This document shows, in pieces, positions 9,172-18,760 of a DNA stretch of 64,000 bases. Under the pieces are notes generated by a model. It did no database searches, was not told where the DNA came from, and was given only the letters and a program-made list of their open reading frames with translations. Location of the stretch: the NCBI GenBank assembly GCA_963669175.1, contig OY769902.1, forward strand, positions 768,001 to 832,000, given 5' to 3'. The first letter of the stretch is position 1. Each line of letters begins with the position of its first letter. Source of the DNA: a bacterium. Its GTDB lineage: Bacteria > Electryoneota > Electryoneia > Electryoneales > Electryoneaceae. Position numbers and translations under genes: made by a program.

Positions 9172-10862
9172 CGTTGCCTCATCTGAATGGTCGGTCGGTC
9201 TTTTCCCTTCACCCCGGCGAACCAGCCGCCGGCCACATCGATTGCCAGTAACGGCATACGTTCATCCCGGTCGAACCCATCCGGGATTACCTGGATCGCC
9301 ACTCCCTTTACCGGGTGTTGGGAAGCGATCCGGAAGATATCCTCATACGAAGCGGACGCGGAAGAGAACAACGCCTCCCGAATCCTGTGTTCACGGGATA
9401 CCTGCGACAGGTCTGTTGCCGTTCCCAGTACCGGGAGTTCATCAATCGTGTCCCCGAGACGCCCCTCGTCAAACACAAGCCATCCAACAACCTCAACGTC
9501 CGGAATCGCGCCCTCCCGAACCCTGCGGACAACTTCACGTCCCAGGCGATCCACGCCGGCGACAACGATTCTGCGCTTCTCCCCTGCGCCAAGCGCCTGC
9601 ACCAGCCAGCGCCAGACGGGAAGCAAAAGAATCGAGGCAACCCCGGCCGATGCGAGCACAACACGGCTGAATTGAATGGCTCTCCAAAAATAGGCGAGAG
9701 CGCCCACCAAGGCAAACCCGAATAACATGCCGAAAAATATGCGGCGAGGTTGAATGCCTCGTGAAGTATATACCCCCATTATGGCAAGAGCGCTACACCC
9801 CAAAACTGCGTACGCGATGCAAACCGCCCACATCTCCAGGGTAATCGGAGCCGGAGCCGGACCCCAAACCGTGGGGAAGTACGTAAACCGAATAATATAC
9901 CCCGTGACAAACAGGCCGAATATCAGTAGCATATCGATGAGCGCCGGTCCCCACAGGCCTGCGTTTTTACGCAACCTTGCGATAAACTCACCAACAAATA
10001 TGCCCAGCTCGATTACACTTCTGGCCAGCAGACCAAAACGTGAGTGTTTCCGGGTGAACAGGCGCATGGCATTGTAAAAATGCTTCTCCCGGTCAAACCC
10101 CTTCTGCTTTGTCGATTCACCCTTGTAATGGATAATCTGGGTGGTTGGGACATAATACAGTTTCCACCCTGCCTGCCCGATGGCCCAGCTCCAGTCCACA
10201 TCCTCACCGAACATGAAATAATCTTCGTCCAGCCCGCCGACTTTTTCGTACACTTCACGGCGAATCATCATGGCTGCGCCAGCAAGGATCTCAACCTCAT
10301 TGACCTCGTCCGGGTCGAGATGTCCCTGTTCATAGCGGTTGAAGAATTTGGATTTTGGAAAGACACTGCTTAATCCGGACAGCTTGCAAAACGAAGCCCA
10401 CACGGTTGGCAGGCCACGCTTACTGGTGACCTGGAAGGTACCGTCACGATTTAACAGTTTCGGGCCAACCGCCCCGGCATCCGGATGATCTTTCAGGAAT
10501 TGCACCAGTGTGGTCAACGAATCTTCCTGTAACAGGCAATCCGGGTTCAGGATCATCAGGAAATCGCCACGCGCCTGCTTCAGGGCCAGGTTGTTGGCTT
10601 TGGCAAAACCGAGGTTGCCACCGGCCTCAATCATATGAACGTGAGGAAATTGACTGCGAACCATCTCCACCGAATCATCGGCGGAATCGTTATCTACGAC
10701 AAATATTTCCAGGGACAGCCCGTTTTGGGCACGAAAAGTCGATTCAAGCGTACGTTGCAGAAAATGACGCACGTTATAGGAGACTATAACAATGGACAAG
10801 TCAATGTGTGAGGGGATGTCTTCCGAAGAAGGAGATCCATGTTGGGTGGACAGGTCGGCCAC
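9168..10862 (-). CDS. GT2 glycosyltransferase fused to membrane region and C-terminal Rossmann (CoA_binding_3-like) domain
   Basis: IVIVSYN, VVDNDSAD, LNPD, FMFGEDVDW, HYKGES; several TM segments; C-terminal IVVAGVDRLG; 4-nt overlap with accA start. Confidence 0.88.
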   Translation of the reverse strand: MADLSTQHGSPSSEDIPSHIDLSIVIVSYNVRHFLQRTLESTFRAQNGLSLEIFVVDNDSADDSVEMVRSQFPHVHMIEAGGNLGFAKANNLALKQARGDFLMILNPDCLLQEDSLTTLVQFLKDHPDAGAVGPKLLNRDGTFQVTSKRGLPTVWASFCKLSGLSSVFPKSKFFNRYEQGHLDPDEVNEVEILAGAAMMIRREVYEKVGGLDEDYFMFGEDVDWSWAIGQAGWKLYYVPTTQIIHYKGESTKQKGFDREKHFYNAMRLFTRKHSRFGLLARSVIELGIFVGEFIARLRKNAGLWGPALIDMLLIFGLFVTGYIIRFTYFPTVWGPAPAPITLEMWAVCIAYAVLGCSALAIMGVYTSRGIQPRRIFFGMLFGFALVGALAYFWRAIQFSRVVLASAGVASILLLPVWRWLVQALGAGEKRRIVVAGVDRLGREVVRRVREGAIPDVEVVGWLVFDEGRLGDTIDELPVLGTATDLSQVSREHRIREALFSSASASYEDIFRIASQHPVKGVAIQVIPDGFDRDERMPLLAIDVAGGWFAGVKGKDRPTIQMRQR

Positions 10863-10864
10863 GG

Positions 10865-11590
10865 TCAGCTCCCGAACAGACTACCCAGACGCAACTTCCA
10901 CACCATCCATACTGCTTCGACCACAATCTTCTTGTTCATTTTGGAGGTGCCGATAGCTCGTTCCACAAAGACAATCGGGGTTTCAACCAGCTTGAACCCC
11001 TTTTTCCAGGCCATGAACTTGATTTCAATCTGGAAAGCGTAGCCGTTGGAACGAATCAGGTCAAGATTGATCGACTCCAACACCTCCCGGCGGATAATCG
11101 TATACCCGGCGGTCAGATCGCGGAATGGCATTCCGGTAATAATCCTGGAATAGACAGAAGCAAAATAGGACAGTAGCAAACGCTGTAACGGCCAGTTGAT
11201 AACATTGACACCGCTTTTATACCGGCTGCCAATGACAAAATCTGCGCCTTCATCAATACGATCCAGCATACGTGGCAGATACTTGGGGTTATGGCTCATG
11301 TCGGCATCGATTTCAACAACGGCATCAAAACCATCCGCGACAGCTCTTTTGAACCCTGCGACATAGGCTGTGCCCAACCCTTGCTTGGAGCTTCGCTGCA
11401 ACAGAGCGATCCGAGGGGTCGAAGCGGCCCGTTCTTTTACTATTTCCGCTGTTCCATCCGGCGAACCATCGTCAACGACCAGAATGGACAGACGTGGATC
11501 TGCCTCAAGGACATGATCTATGATTTTCTCGATGTTATCCCGTTCGTTGTACGTCGGAATGACTGCCAGAACCCGTTGCAGCTTGTTCAT
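10865..11590 (-). CDS. Polyprenol monophosphomannose synthase (DPM1-like GT2)
   Basis: IPTYNERDN, VDDGSPDGT, GLGTAYVAGF, DADMSH, SNGYAFQIE, GTSKM. Confidence 0.93.
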   Translation of the reverse strand: MNKLQRVLAVIPTYNERDNIEKIIDHVLEADPRLSILVVDDGSPDGTAEIVKERAASTPRIALLQRSSKQGLGTAYVAGFKRAVADGFDAVVEIDADMSHNPKYLPRMLDRIDEGADFVIGSRYKSGVNVINWPLQRLLLSYFASVYSRIITGMPFRDLTAGYTIIRREVLESINLDLIRSNGYAFQIEIKFMAWKKGFKLVETPIVFVERAIGTSKMNKKIVVEAVWMVWKLRLGSLFGS

Positions 11591-11677
11591 CGCTTTCCGT
11601 TGTTGTTCAGGTGAAAGGAGCTTGCACTGGTTTTATGCCGGACTACGTAAAATAGTTCCGGTTCGCTCAAATCGAAA

Positions 11678-12586
11678 CTAATTAAACGCTGCTTCCTGTT
11701 CACGATAGGCATGCAGGGCTTGCAAAACATCCTTGAAATTCATCTTCAATGCCGCTTCCGTATTATCAACAATCAAACCACTCTGCAAGGGGCGTGGAGC
11801 TGTCTGCCCAAGTAGTTTGGTTAATGTCGGTTTCATATTTTCCGTTGAAAGGTTATACAGTTCAGCTATCTGCTGTGCAAATTCATACCTGCTTAGGATA
11901 CCTCTTCCGGCCGCGTGGAACAAGCCTGTTTTGTTCAGTTCGAGGCTTTTTCGAATCGCCAGCGCAAGATCATCTACAAGGGTTGTGTTGCCGATCTGGT
12001 CTGTGACAATCTTGATCGGTGTTTTCTCCCGGAGTCTCATCACCAGCCAGGCGACAAAACTTGGCTTGAGGCGACGACCATGGCCGTACAGAACCATTGT
12101 TCTGAGTACTGTTGATCCCAGGCCAGGTTGAAGAGCGATCTGTTCTGCCGCCAACTTGCTGGCGCCATAATGCGATACGGGATTGGGACGATCAAGTTCG
12201 GAATACGGGCCTGCTTCACCGTCAAACACATAATCGGAGGAAATCTGGATCAGGCGTGAATCCCATTCTCCTGCAGCTTCTGCCAGTGTTTTTACGGCAT
12301 TCACATTGACAGTCCAGCAGAGATCTCGTTCCAGCTCGCAGGCATCCACATTGGTCATGGCAGCAGCGTTGATGATAATACCAGGCTTGATCTGCTCCAC
12401 CCGGCGCAGGATATCATCACGGTCCTTTAAATCGACCTGGTGGTAATGATAGTTCGCCAGCCCCTGGAACCAGTTTTCCGGATGTAAATCGAACCCATGA
12501 ATCTCGCCGAAATCATTCCCCAGGATTTCGAGCAATTTCTGGCCCAGCAGCCCATGACATCCCGTTACCAGAACCGTATCTCTCAT
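11678..12586 (-). CDS. rfbD: dTDP-4-dehydrorhamnose reductase family SDR
   Basis: VTGCHGLLG, AAMTNVDACE, ISSDYVFDG, YGASK, DQIGNTT, APRP. Confidence 0.85.
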   Translation of the reverse strand: MRDTVLVTGCHGLLGQKLLEILGNDFGEIHGFDLHPENWFQGLANYHYHQVDLKDRDDILRRVEQIKPGIIINAAAMTNVDACELERDLCWTVNVNAVKTLAEAAGEWDSRLIQISSDYVFDGEAGPYSELDRPNPVSHYGASKLAAEQIALQPGLGSTVLRTMVLYGHGRRLKPSFVAWLVMRLREKTPIKIVTDQIGNTTLVDDLALAIRKSLELNKTGLFHAAGRGILSRYEFAQQIAELYNLSTENMKPTLTKLLGQTAPRPLQSGLIVDNTEAALKMNFKDVLQALHAYREQEAAFN

Positions 12587-13044
12587 GGAAGCTTACATCC
12601 GTTGGCCATGAATTCGTCAATCTTTGCAGCTACGCTCGTGTCCGTTAATGCGGCAATACGTGCGGCGAAGACTGCCGCGTTTTTCGCCCCAGCTTTGCCC
12701 ACGCTCATCGTGGCAACGGGAACTCCACCAGGCATCTGCACCGTGGAAAACAGCGCATCCAGCCCGTCCATCATGCCGCCTGCCAGGGGAAGCCCGATTA
12801 CAGGCAAACGTGTCCGCGCAGCCAGCGTCCCGGCAAGATGGTTTGCCATACCCGCCGCACCGATGACCGCAAAGAAGTCTTCGTCCACCAGGGACGCTGC
12901 AAACTGGGCTACCTTGTCGGGATTACGGTGTGCGCTGTAGACATGTATTTCATAGGATACACCAAAATATTCCAGGAAAGGTAATGCCGCTTCGACAACT
13001 GTTCTGTCGCTTTCACTGCCCATTACAATCGCTACTTTTCCCAC
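12583..13044 (-). CDS. purE: N5-carboxyaminoimidazole ribonucleotide mutase
   Basis: IVMGSESD, SAHRNP, AGMANHLAG, STVQMPGGVPVAT; GGAGGAG RBS before GTG. Confidence 0.95.
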   Translation of the reverse strand: MGKVAIVMGSESDRTVVEAALPFLEYFGVSYEIHVYSAHRNPDKVAQFAASLVDEDFFAVIGAAGMANHLAGTLAARTRLPVIGLPLAGGMMDGLDALFSTVQMPGGVPVATMSVGKAGAKNAAVFAARIAALTDTSVAAKIDEFMANGCKLP

Positions 13045-13250
13045 GATTTGCTCCTCCCTAAACTGTTCTTGTTCGATTTGTAAAATGTAAGCATCCAGAC
13101 GGCCTCATGCATCCCTTTTTACCAACACGGGATACACTCATTCTCGGGGTTGGGTGGCTGAGGATTTCGTGGAGGTGGGTCTGTCTTTCTTTGGGTGGAA
13201 TACTTCTGTTAGACTGATTTCGCTGTTTGAACTTTGAACAGGTCAAGATA

Positions 13251-13338
13251 GTGAAAAGGGGACTTTCACCTTTTCGAATTGCCTTGTCACGAAACATTTT
13301 TTTTCAGTGCGACGAATAGGAGGCAGTCACCTTTTCAC
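13251..13338. repeat. REP-like inverted doublet (GAAAAGGGGACAG family)
   Basis: GTGAAAAGGGGACTTTCACCTTTTC paired with GAATAGGAGGCAGTCACCTTTTCAC; same family at 17881-18470 and 21135-21324. Confidence 0.6.
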
Positions 13339-13489
13339 TCCAGGCTCTCGTAGATCCAGACTTGCTCTCCACCCGCATCACAAGACGACGATTGACCAGT
13401 GTTGTCCGCATTGCGAGAGTGTCATGCTTCACATTCGGCAAGCCAGGCCATGCAGTTATACTTTGTAAACATGCTGAGATTTCAATACA

Positions 13490-14008
13490 TGTCATCCCGG
13501 AAACGCTGCCGTTTAGCCCGAATATTTCATGAACGAAACATGGATAATCATCTTAACACAGTTCATATCAACACATTACAACTGATTCATACAGCATTTT
13601 TCAGGGGACAGTTTGCTCCGGTATCCCTTTGCGTGTCTATTCCCTGTTTCGCTGGCAAGATGAGGCTGAGTATCGGCAACCGCCCCGGCAGGGGCAACCT
13701 GTATTAGCCCCGGGCAGCCGCCGTCAGTTTGGCGGCTACCCGGGGAGATAATGCGCACCATATATTTACTCCGGAAGGAGTAACCTGATAAATATCAAAA
13801 GTATACAGTGGAAATATTCAGGCAACCCGCTGCCGGGGTTGGCAAGTAGCGTACATCCTATTCCCACCGTGAGCGCCAAACAGACGGCGCTGGACGGTGG
13901 GCTAATACAGAGAACCACTGCCGTGGTTCTTGTACTGGCCGTTCCATCAAGTATCACATTGAAATTGCCAGTGGTGAAATCTTCGGGTTAGCGTTGTCCG
14001 GGATTTAC
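13490..14008. repeat. GTCATCCCG-type REP unit split by a MITE
   Basis: 5' half TGTCATCCCGGAAACGCTGCCGTTTAG (13490-13516) and 3' half TTAGCGTTGTCCGGGATTTAC (13988-14008); intact copies at 18548 and 53923. Confidence 0.8.
13517..13987. mobile_element. 471-bp MITE with 13-bp TIRs and TTAG target-site duplication
   Basis: TIRs CCCGAATATTTCA / TGAAATCTTCGGG (12/13); TTAG at 13513-13516 and 13988-13991; empty site visible in other REP copies; no transposase. Confidence 0.8.
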
Positions 14009-14097
14009 TTCCTTGGATACTTCGCTACGGTTCGCTGGGGATGATACAGGCGGGTGAACCATCCATCCTTTTTCACTTTTTCCACTAACCACTTTTT

Positions 14098-15183
14098 TCA
14101 CTTGGAAAACAACGACTCATATTCCGCATATCCCTCTTCCGCCAGTTTACCACGTGGGATGAAGCGCAGGGATGCGGAGTTGATACAATAGCGCAACCCG
14201 GTGTCCGAATTGGAATCATCGAACACATGCCCGAGATGTGAATCCGCTCCTGAGCTACGAACTTCGGTACGCGGAACAAGCAGTTTATAGTCCTTTTTCG
14301 TGGTCAATGCGTCCTCTTCAATCGGTTTTGAAAAACTGGGCCAGCCTGTGCCGGAATCATACTTGTCCACCGATGCAAATAGCGGTTCTCCGCTGACAAC
14401 ATCAACGTATATCCCCTCCGCATGGTTGTCCCAGTATTCGTTCTGGAAAGGCGGCTCTGTCCCGCATTGCTGGGTTACCTGATATTGCATCGGGGTCAGT
14501 TTCGTCTGCAAATCCGCTTCACTCATCTTCTGCTCCCGGTTGAACTTGTAGGCGTTTTCACTTTGCCAGGTCTGTTCGATAAAACTCTCACGTCCAGAGC
14601 CTTTTTTGTAACGCTTATAATGAGTCGGATTTTTCTCGTAATAATCCTGATGATACTGTTCTGCCGGGAAGAAGGACGTGAACGGCAGGATCTTTGTCAC
14701 AATCGGACGATCAAACATGCCTGAATTCTGCAAATCAGCCTTCGATTTTTCCGCGAGACGCTTCTGTTCGTCATTGTGATAAAAAATCGCGGTTTCGTAT
14801 TGCGTTCCACGGTCGGCAAATTGACCATACTCGTCTGTGGGGTCTATGTTCTGCCAGAAGAGTTCAAGCAGATGTTCGTATCTGACTACCGATGGATCAT
14901 ACTCGACTTTCACCACTTCAAGATGACCGGTTGTTCCCGAGCAGACCTGTTCATAGGTGGGGTTATCCACATGACCGCCGGAATACCCGGCAAAGACATC
15001 CAGCACGCCATCCTGGTTATGGAACGGTGGCTCCATGCACCAGAAACACCCTCCGGCGAATGTCGCTTCCGCATGTTTTCTGTTACTCATGGTTTCACTA
15101 TCCTTCGACATGACAAATCCCGTGTAACCCAGGCTGATCACCACAACTGCGATGAGGGCCGCCCATATTGTTACGTGCTTCAT
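14098..15183 (-). CDS. msrAB: Exported MsrA/MsrB fusion peptide methionine sulfoxide reductase
   Basis: Signal/TM N-terminus; MsrA GGCFWC and AEQYHQDY; Msr[30 protein letters not shown]. Confidence 0.96.
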   Translation of the reverse strand: MKHVTIWAALIAVVVISLGYTGFVMSKDSETMSNRKHAEATFAGGCFWCMEPPFHNQDGVLDVFAGYSGGHVDNPTYEQVCSGTTGHLEVVKVEYDPSVVRYEHLLELFWQNIDPTDEYGQFADRGTQYETAIFYHNDEQKRLAEKSKADLQNSGMFDRPIVTKILPFTSFFPAEQYHQDYYEKNPTHYKRYKKGSGRESFIEQTWQSENAYKFNREQKMSEADLQTKLTPMQYQVTQQCGTEPPFQNEYWDNHAEGIYVDVVSGEPLFASVDKYDSGTGWPSFSKPIEEDALTTKKDYKLLVPRTEVRSSGADSHLGHVFDDSNSDTGLRYCINSASLRFIPRGKLAEEGYAEYESLFSK

Positions 15184-15235
15184 GGTTCTGTCCCTCCTGC
15201 AAGATACAAAGTACTCTATAATGTTAGGTACTCTT

Positions 15236-15263
15236 AATACAAATTTGATGCAGGGGTCGTTCC
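15236..15263 (-). promoter_or_regulatory. Possible ECF-sigma promoter for msrAB
   Basis: Minus strand GGAAC-N17-TGTA about 55-80 nt upstream of the ATG. Confidence 0.35.
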
Positions 15264-15384
15264 GGCGTTTCGTAGAATTTGTAGACTCTCAGGGATAGAA
15301 TTGTCTCATGAAAGGATGAGTCGTCATTACTTATCTCAAAACTCCTTTTATGGTGTGCGCAGGTCGCTTTGTCTTTTGGTTTGA

Positions 15385-15792
15385 ATGGTGTATCTTCAGA
15401 AAAACTATCCAGGGACTATGACCGAACAAATGGTGAACATACTGCGATTGGTGATGGCGGGGGTGAATGGACTCCTGTTTGCAGTCGGACTCTATATCGT
15501 GATTTACCAGCTTCGCTTGAAGCCGGCTCGGTGGCGTCGCCTGTTGAAACAACTGGTTGTGGAAGTGAATAAAAAGGAGCTGGGACTCACGGAAGATGAT
15601 GAGCCTGACGAAAAAGAAAGAAGAGAGCTGGAGGAAAAGCAGCAACAGATTGATAACTTGCATAAATTATTACGAAACCACTATCGAGAGACTCGATCCA
15701 TCGTTATCATTGCCTTTGGGGGGTTAATGATGGCGGTATCATTGTTTGCACTGGCCAATCTTCTCTATATGCCTTTTGATAGTTTCATGTAG
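15385..15792 (+). CDS. Hypothetical membrane protein (2 TM helices, charged loop)
   Basis: 135 aa ORF with two hydrophobic segments; alternative start 15418. Confidence 0.7.
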   Translation: MVYLQKNYPGTMTEQMVNILRLVMAGVNGLLFAVGLYIVIYQLRLKPARWRRLLKQLVVEVNKKELGLTEDDEPDEKERRELEEKQQQIDNLHKLLRNHYRETRSIVIIAFGGLMMAVSLFALANLLYMPFDSFM

Positions 15793-15845
15793 CTGAGTGC
15801 AGCAAGGGATTAATGGGGGAAGTGACCAACTCACGAGGGGAGACC

Positions 15846-16274
15846 ATGGGCATTTCACAGCAGATTAATACTCCGGACGGCATAGAACGAGCTTTGGGCT
15901 CGAAAGGACGCATTGCCATCGTGGGGTTATCACCGAAAGCGGAACGCGACAGCAATAAAGTGGCGCGTTACCTGTTGGATAACGGGTTTGAGATTGTTCC
16001 GGTTAATCCAATGGTGGATGAAGTGTTGGGCTGTAAATCGTATCCATCGGTATCAGCTATTGTGGGCGATGTTGAGATTGTGGATATCTTCCGTCGCCCC
16101 GACGATGTGCCTCCGATTATCGATGAGGCAGTGCGGAAGGGCGCACGTACTGTATGGATGCAGCTTGGTGTTGTAAATGAGGATGCCGCACGTAGCGCAT
16201 TGGAATCCGGGTTGGATGTTATCATGGACAAATGTATCAAGATCGAGCATCAGAAAAGGAACGTGATCGGATAA
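15846..16274 (+). CDS. CoA-binding protein (YccU-like)
   Basis: IAIVGLSPK, PVNP, VDIFRR, VWMQLG, DKCIKIEH; RBS GAGGGGAG. Confidence 0.92.
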   Translation: MGISQQINTPDGIERALGSKGRIAIVGLSPKAERDSNKVARYLLDNGFEIVPVNPMVDEVLGCKSYPSVSAIVGDVEIVDIFRRPDDVPPIIDEAVRKGARTVWMQLGVVNEDAARSALESGLDVIMDKCIKIEHQKRNVIG

Positions 16275-16324
16275 CGAGTGGACCGGTAGTTTAACGATGA
16301 TCGGCACAGGGAGAAAATCCGTCA

Positions 16325-17833
16325 ATGGATAAAGAAGCTGTAACGAAGTACCTGCAAAAATTCATTACGGCCAACAGCCCTGATGTGATGGAGAAATTTC
16401 GTCACGGTGAATACGAAGATGTATTCGAAGCAGCCGCCGATGCCGGGCTGTTCAAACTTGGCGAAGAACCCAGCGCAGAGATCGATCAGTTGTTGATGCT
16501 GTGGGGGCGCATGAATTCAAAGGATCGCCGTTTTGTCGCCCTTATGGTGCACGATGAAATGCCCCCGGACCTGATGGACCCCGATCAATTCTTCTCTTCC
16601 AGTAACACGTCCAGCGATGAAGAGGCCGACGAAGAACCTGGTGAAGAGAAATCGTCCGACGATGATGACGATGATGAAAAAAGTGTTGATGATTTGCTTG
16701 CAGAATTCGCTGCCGATGATGACGACACCGAGGTGGACCCGGAAGAAGTAACAGCAACGAAAGAAGATAAAGAAGATCAACCTGCAGCCGGGAGTGGATG
16801 GGACTCACTGCAGGAACAGCTGGAAGAGCAGCCGGAACCGGAAGAACCTCTGGAGGAAGAGCAGGAAGCAGCCAAACCGGCAAAGAAACAGAAGAAAAAG
16901 GCAACAGAAAAGCCAGCCGAAGCAAAACCCCAGCAGGATACACCCAAGGTAAAACGATGGGTCGCACTGGAAAAGAAACTGGCGAATGTGAAAGACCTGC
17001 CTACGCTTCCCGGTGTGTTTACCGAAGTGCTCCGTATCGCGGCAGACCCGAAAAGTGATATTCAGAGCCTGCAACGTGTCATCGTGCAGGATCCAACCCT
17101 GTCCAGCACAATTCTCCGACTGGCCAATTCTGCGTATTATGGCATCGGGAAAGATATTTCGTCTCTGAACATGGCGCTGGTTGTCATCGGGTTCAAGGAA
17201 ATCTGCAACATTACCACGTCACTGTCTGTATTAAAAACCTTCCCGAAATCCAAGATGGGCAAGGTGTTCGATTTCGATGGTTACTGGGTTCACAGCGCGG
17301 CAGTAGCGGCGACATCGCGTGTGCTGGCTGAACGCTTTCATTCACGCTGGCGTGAGGAAATCTATCTCGCTGGGTTATTGCATGATATCGGGGTTCAATT
17401 CCTGGCAACTTATTTCCCGCAGGAAATGGACGACATTCTCACCTATACCGAAGACAACAACATCCCGCAATGGCAAGCGGAGCTGAAGCTGTATTCTACT
17501 GATCATGCCCGTGTCGGTGCATACCTGGGCGGCGTGTGGAACCTGCCGAAATCATTGCGCATGCTGATCCGCTATCACCACGAAGTCTGGCGAGCAGGTG
17601 AATACGAGTATGAAGCGGCCGTCATCCATGTCGCAAACGAGTTTTGCCACCTCGATGCGGAGCATAATTTCCACGGGTTTGATCCCGAATTGCTGGCAAA
17701 TCACCCGGCCTGGAAAATCGTTACCGATGGCAAACCGATCTCCTACGATGAAATCAATGAATTGCTGGAGAAAATGCAAAAAGAAGCGGACCTGGCAAAA
17801 GAGTTTATCATGAATACAATCGCCCAGTCCTGA
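16325..17833 (+). CDS. HDOD-domain protein with long acidic N-terminal linker
   Basis: LPTLP, DPTLSSTILRLANSAYYG, WVHS, GLLHDIG, HARVG, WNLP, YHH. Confidence 0.9.
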   Translation: MDKEAVTKYLQKFITANSPDVMEKFRHGEYEDVFEAAADAGLFKLGEEPSAEIDQLLMLWGRMNSKDRRFVALMVHDEMPPDLMDPDQFFSSSNTSSDEEADEEPGEEKSSDDDDDDEKSVDDLLAEFAADDDDTEVDPEEVTATKEDKEDQPAAGSGWDSLQEQLEEQPEPEEPLEEEQEAAKPAKKQKKKATEKPAEAKPQQDTPKVKRWVALEKKLANVKDLPTLPGVFTEVLRIAADPKSDIQSLQRVIVQDPTLSSTILRLANSAYYGIGKDISSLNMALVVIGFKEICNITTSLSVLKTFPKSKMGKVFDFDGYWVHSAAVAATSRVLAERFHSRWREEIYLAGLLHDIGVQFLATYFPQEMDDILTYTEDNNIPQWQAELKLYSTDHARVGAYLGGVWNLPKSLRMLIRYHHEVWRAGEYEYEAAVIHVANEFCHLDAEHNFHGFDPELLANHPAWKIVTDGKPISYDEINELLEKMQKEADLAKEFIMNTIAQS

Positions 17834-17880
17834 TTGGATGTAGTTGTCTCACCTGTGGATCGTGACACCTTGTCACAGGC

Positions 17881-18470
17881 GAAAAATGGGACTGATACCT
17901 TTTTATGTTCTCAAATGCAGGATAATTTTAGTGATTCCTCACAAGAATTTGTGCATCCGGGCAAAGTTGTGGCAGGTCTTGACGCGACATTCCGTTTTCG
18001 GCTTTCGCAATGTATTTCTGAATGCACATGATACTGAAACCACCTCTCGTCCTGTTATTGTCGCGTTGTGACCTGCCACCGGTATCAGCACCCTCGCTGT
18101 CGTCAGGTCTTGACGTGATGCCTGATGACGATCTATCATGCGAGATAGCAGCTGTGAAGTCGGACAGGTGTCTGAAATTGCGGAGAAGAACAAGAAAAAG
18201 GCATCACGTCAAGACCTGACGAAACGTGCTCGTCGATAATATGCACAAATTCTTGTGACCTGCCATTTTAATTACGTATTGATGAAAAGGTATCTGTACC
18301 GAATTTTTCGCTTTTTCCAGCTTGATTATCTCTTACGGGAAAATGTTGGTACAGTTACCTTTTTCGCAACACATTTTCTGGTAAAACTATCAATCAAATG
18401 CACATAATAAATAATATCAGCAATTCATAACACACTCGCTGGCGAAAAAGAGTAAAAGTCCCCATTTTCC
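17881..18470. repeat. Two REP-like doublets (GAAAAGGGGACAG family); the first is interrupted by the 320-bp element
   Basis: GAAAAATGGGACTGATACCTTTT 17881 / GAAAAGGTATCTGTACCGAATTTTT 18283; GAAAATGTTGGTACAGTTACCTTTTTC 18340 / GAAAAAGAGTAAAAGTCCCCATTTTCC 18444. Confidence 0.5.
17939..18258. mobile_element. 320-bp MITE-like element, copy 1
   Basis: Perfect 18-bp TIRs TCACAAGAATTTGTGCAT / ATGCACAAATTCTTGTGA; two internal CAGGTC..GACCTG hairpin pairs; diverged inverted copy at 38118-38438. Confidence 0.85.
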
Positions 18471-18547
18471 GTAGGCATATACCTGTTTAGTTACCTCAGA
18501 CGGGTGGAAACCTACAGGGGCACCCGACCAGACACAAGCCAAAACAG

Positions 18548-18591
18548 TGTCATCCCGGAAACGCTGCCGTTTAGCGTTGTCCGGGATCTAC
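18548..18591. repeat. GTCATCCCG-type REP unit (intact)
   Basis: TGTCATCCCGGAAACGCTGCCGTTTAGCGTTGTCCGGGATCTAC; 1 mismatch to 53923-53966. Confidence 0.8.
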
Positions 18592-18760
18592 TCCCTGGGA
18601 CACTCTTGCTACAGCAGGAAGCTTGAAATTTGCCCCTGTTCCGAGAATGCCAGCCTCAAAAGTTGCTTCCTAACGCTTGCCGGCATTGTTCGGGAAGCCT
18701 TCCTCTTGTACATTGCACAGATTCTACAGCGACATTCAGCCAACAACATAGAGGATGTTC

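Noticed and set aside
13050-13480. Possible purine/ZTP riboswitch upstream of purE
   Set aside because: No recognisable consensus. The visible stems are explained by the REP-like doublet.
17834-18219. Small ORFs at 17834-18219 and 38183-38473 with shared peptide similarity
   Set aside because: The similarity comes from the non-coding 320-bp repeat, and reading frames are not preserved between copies.
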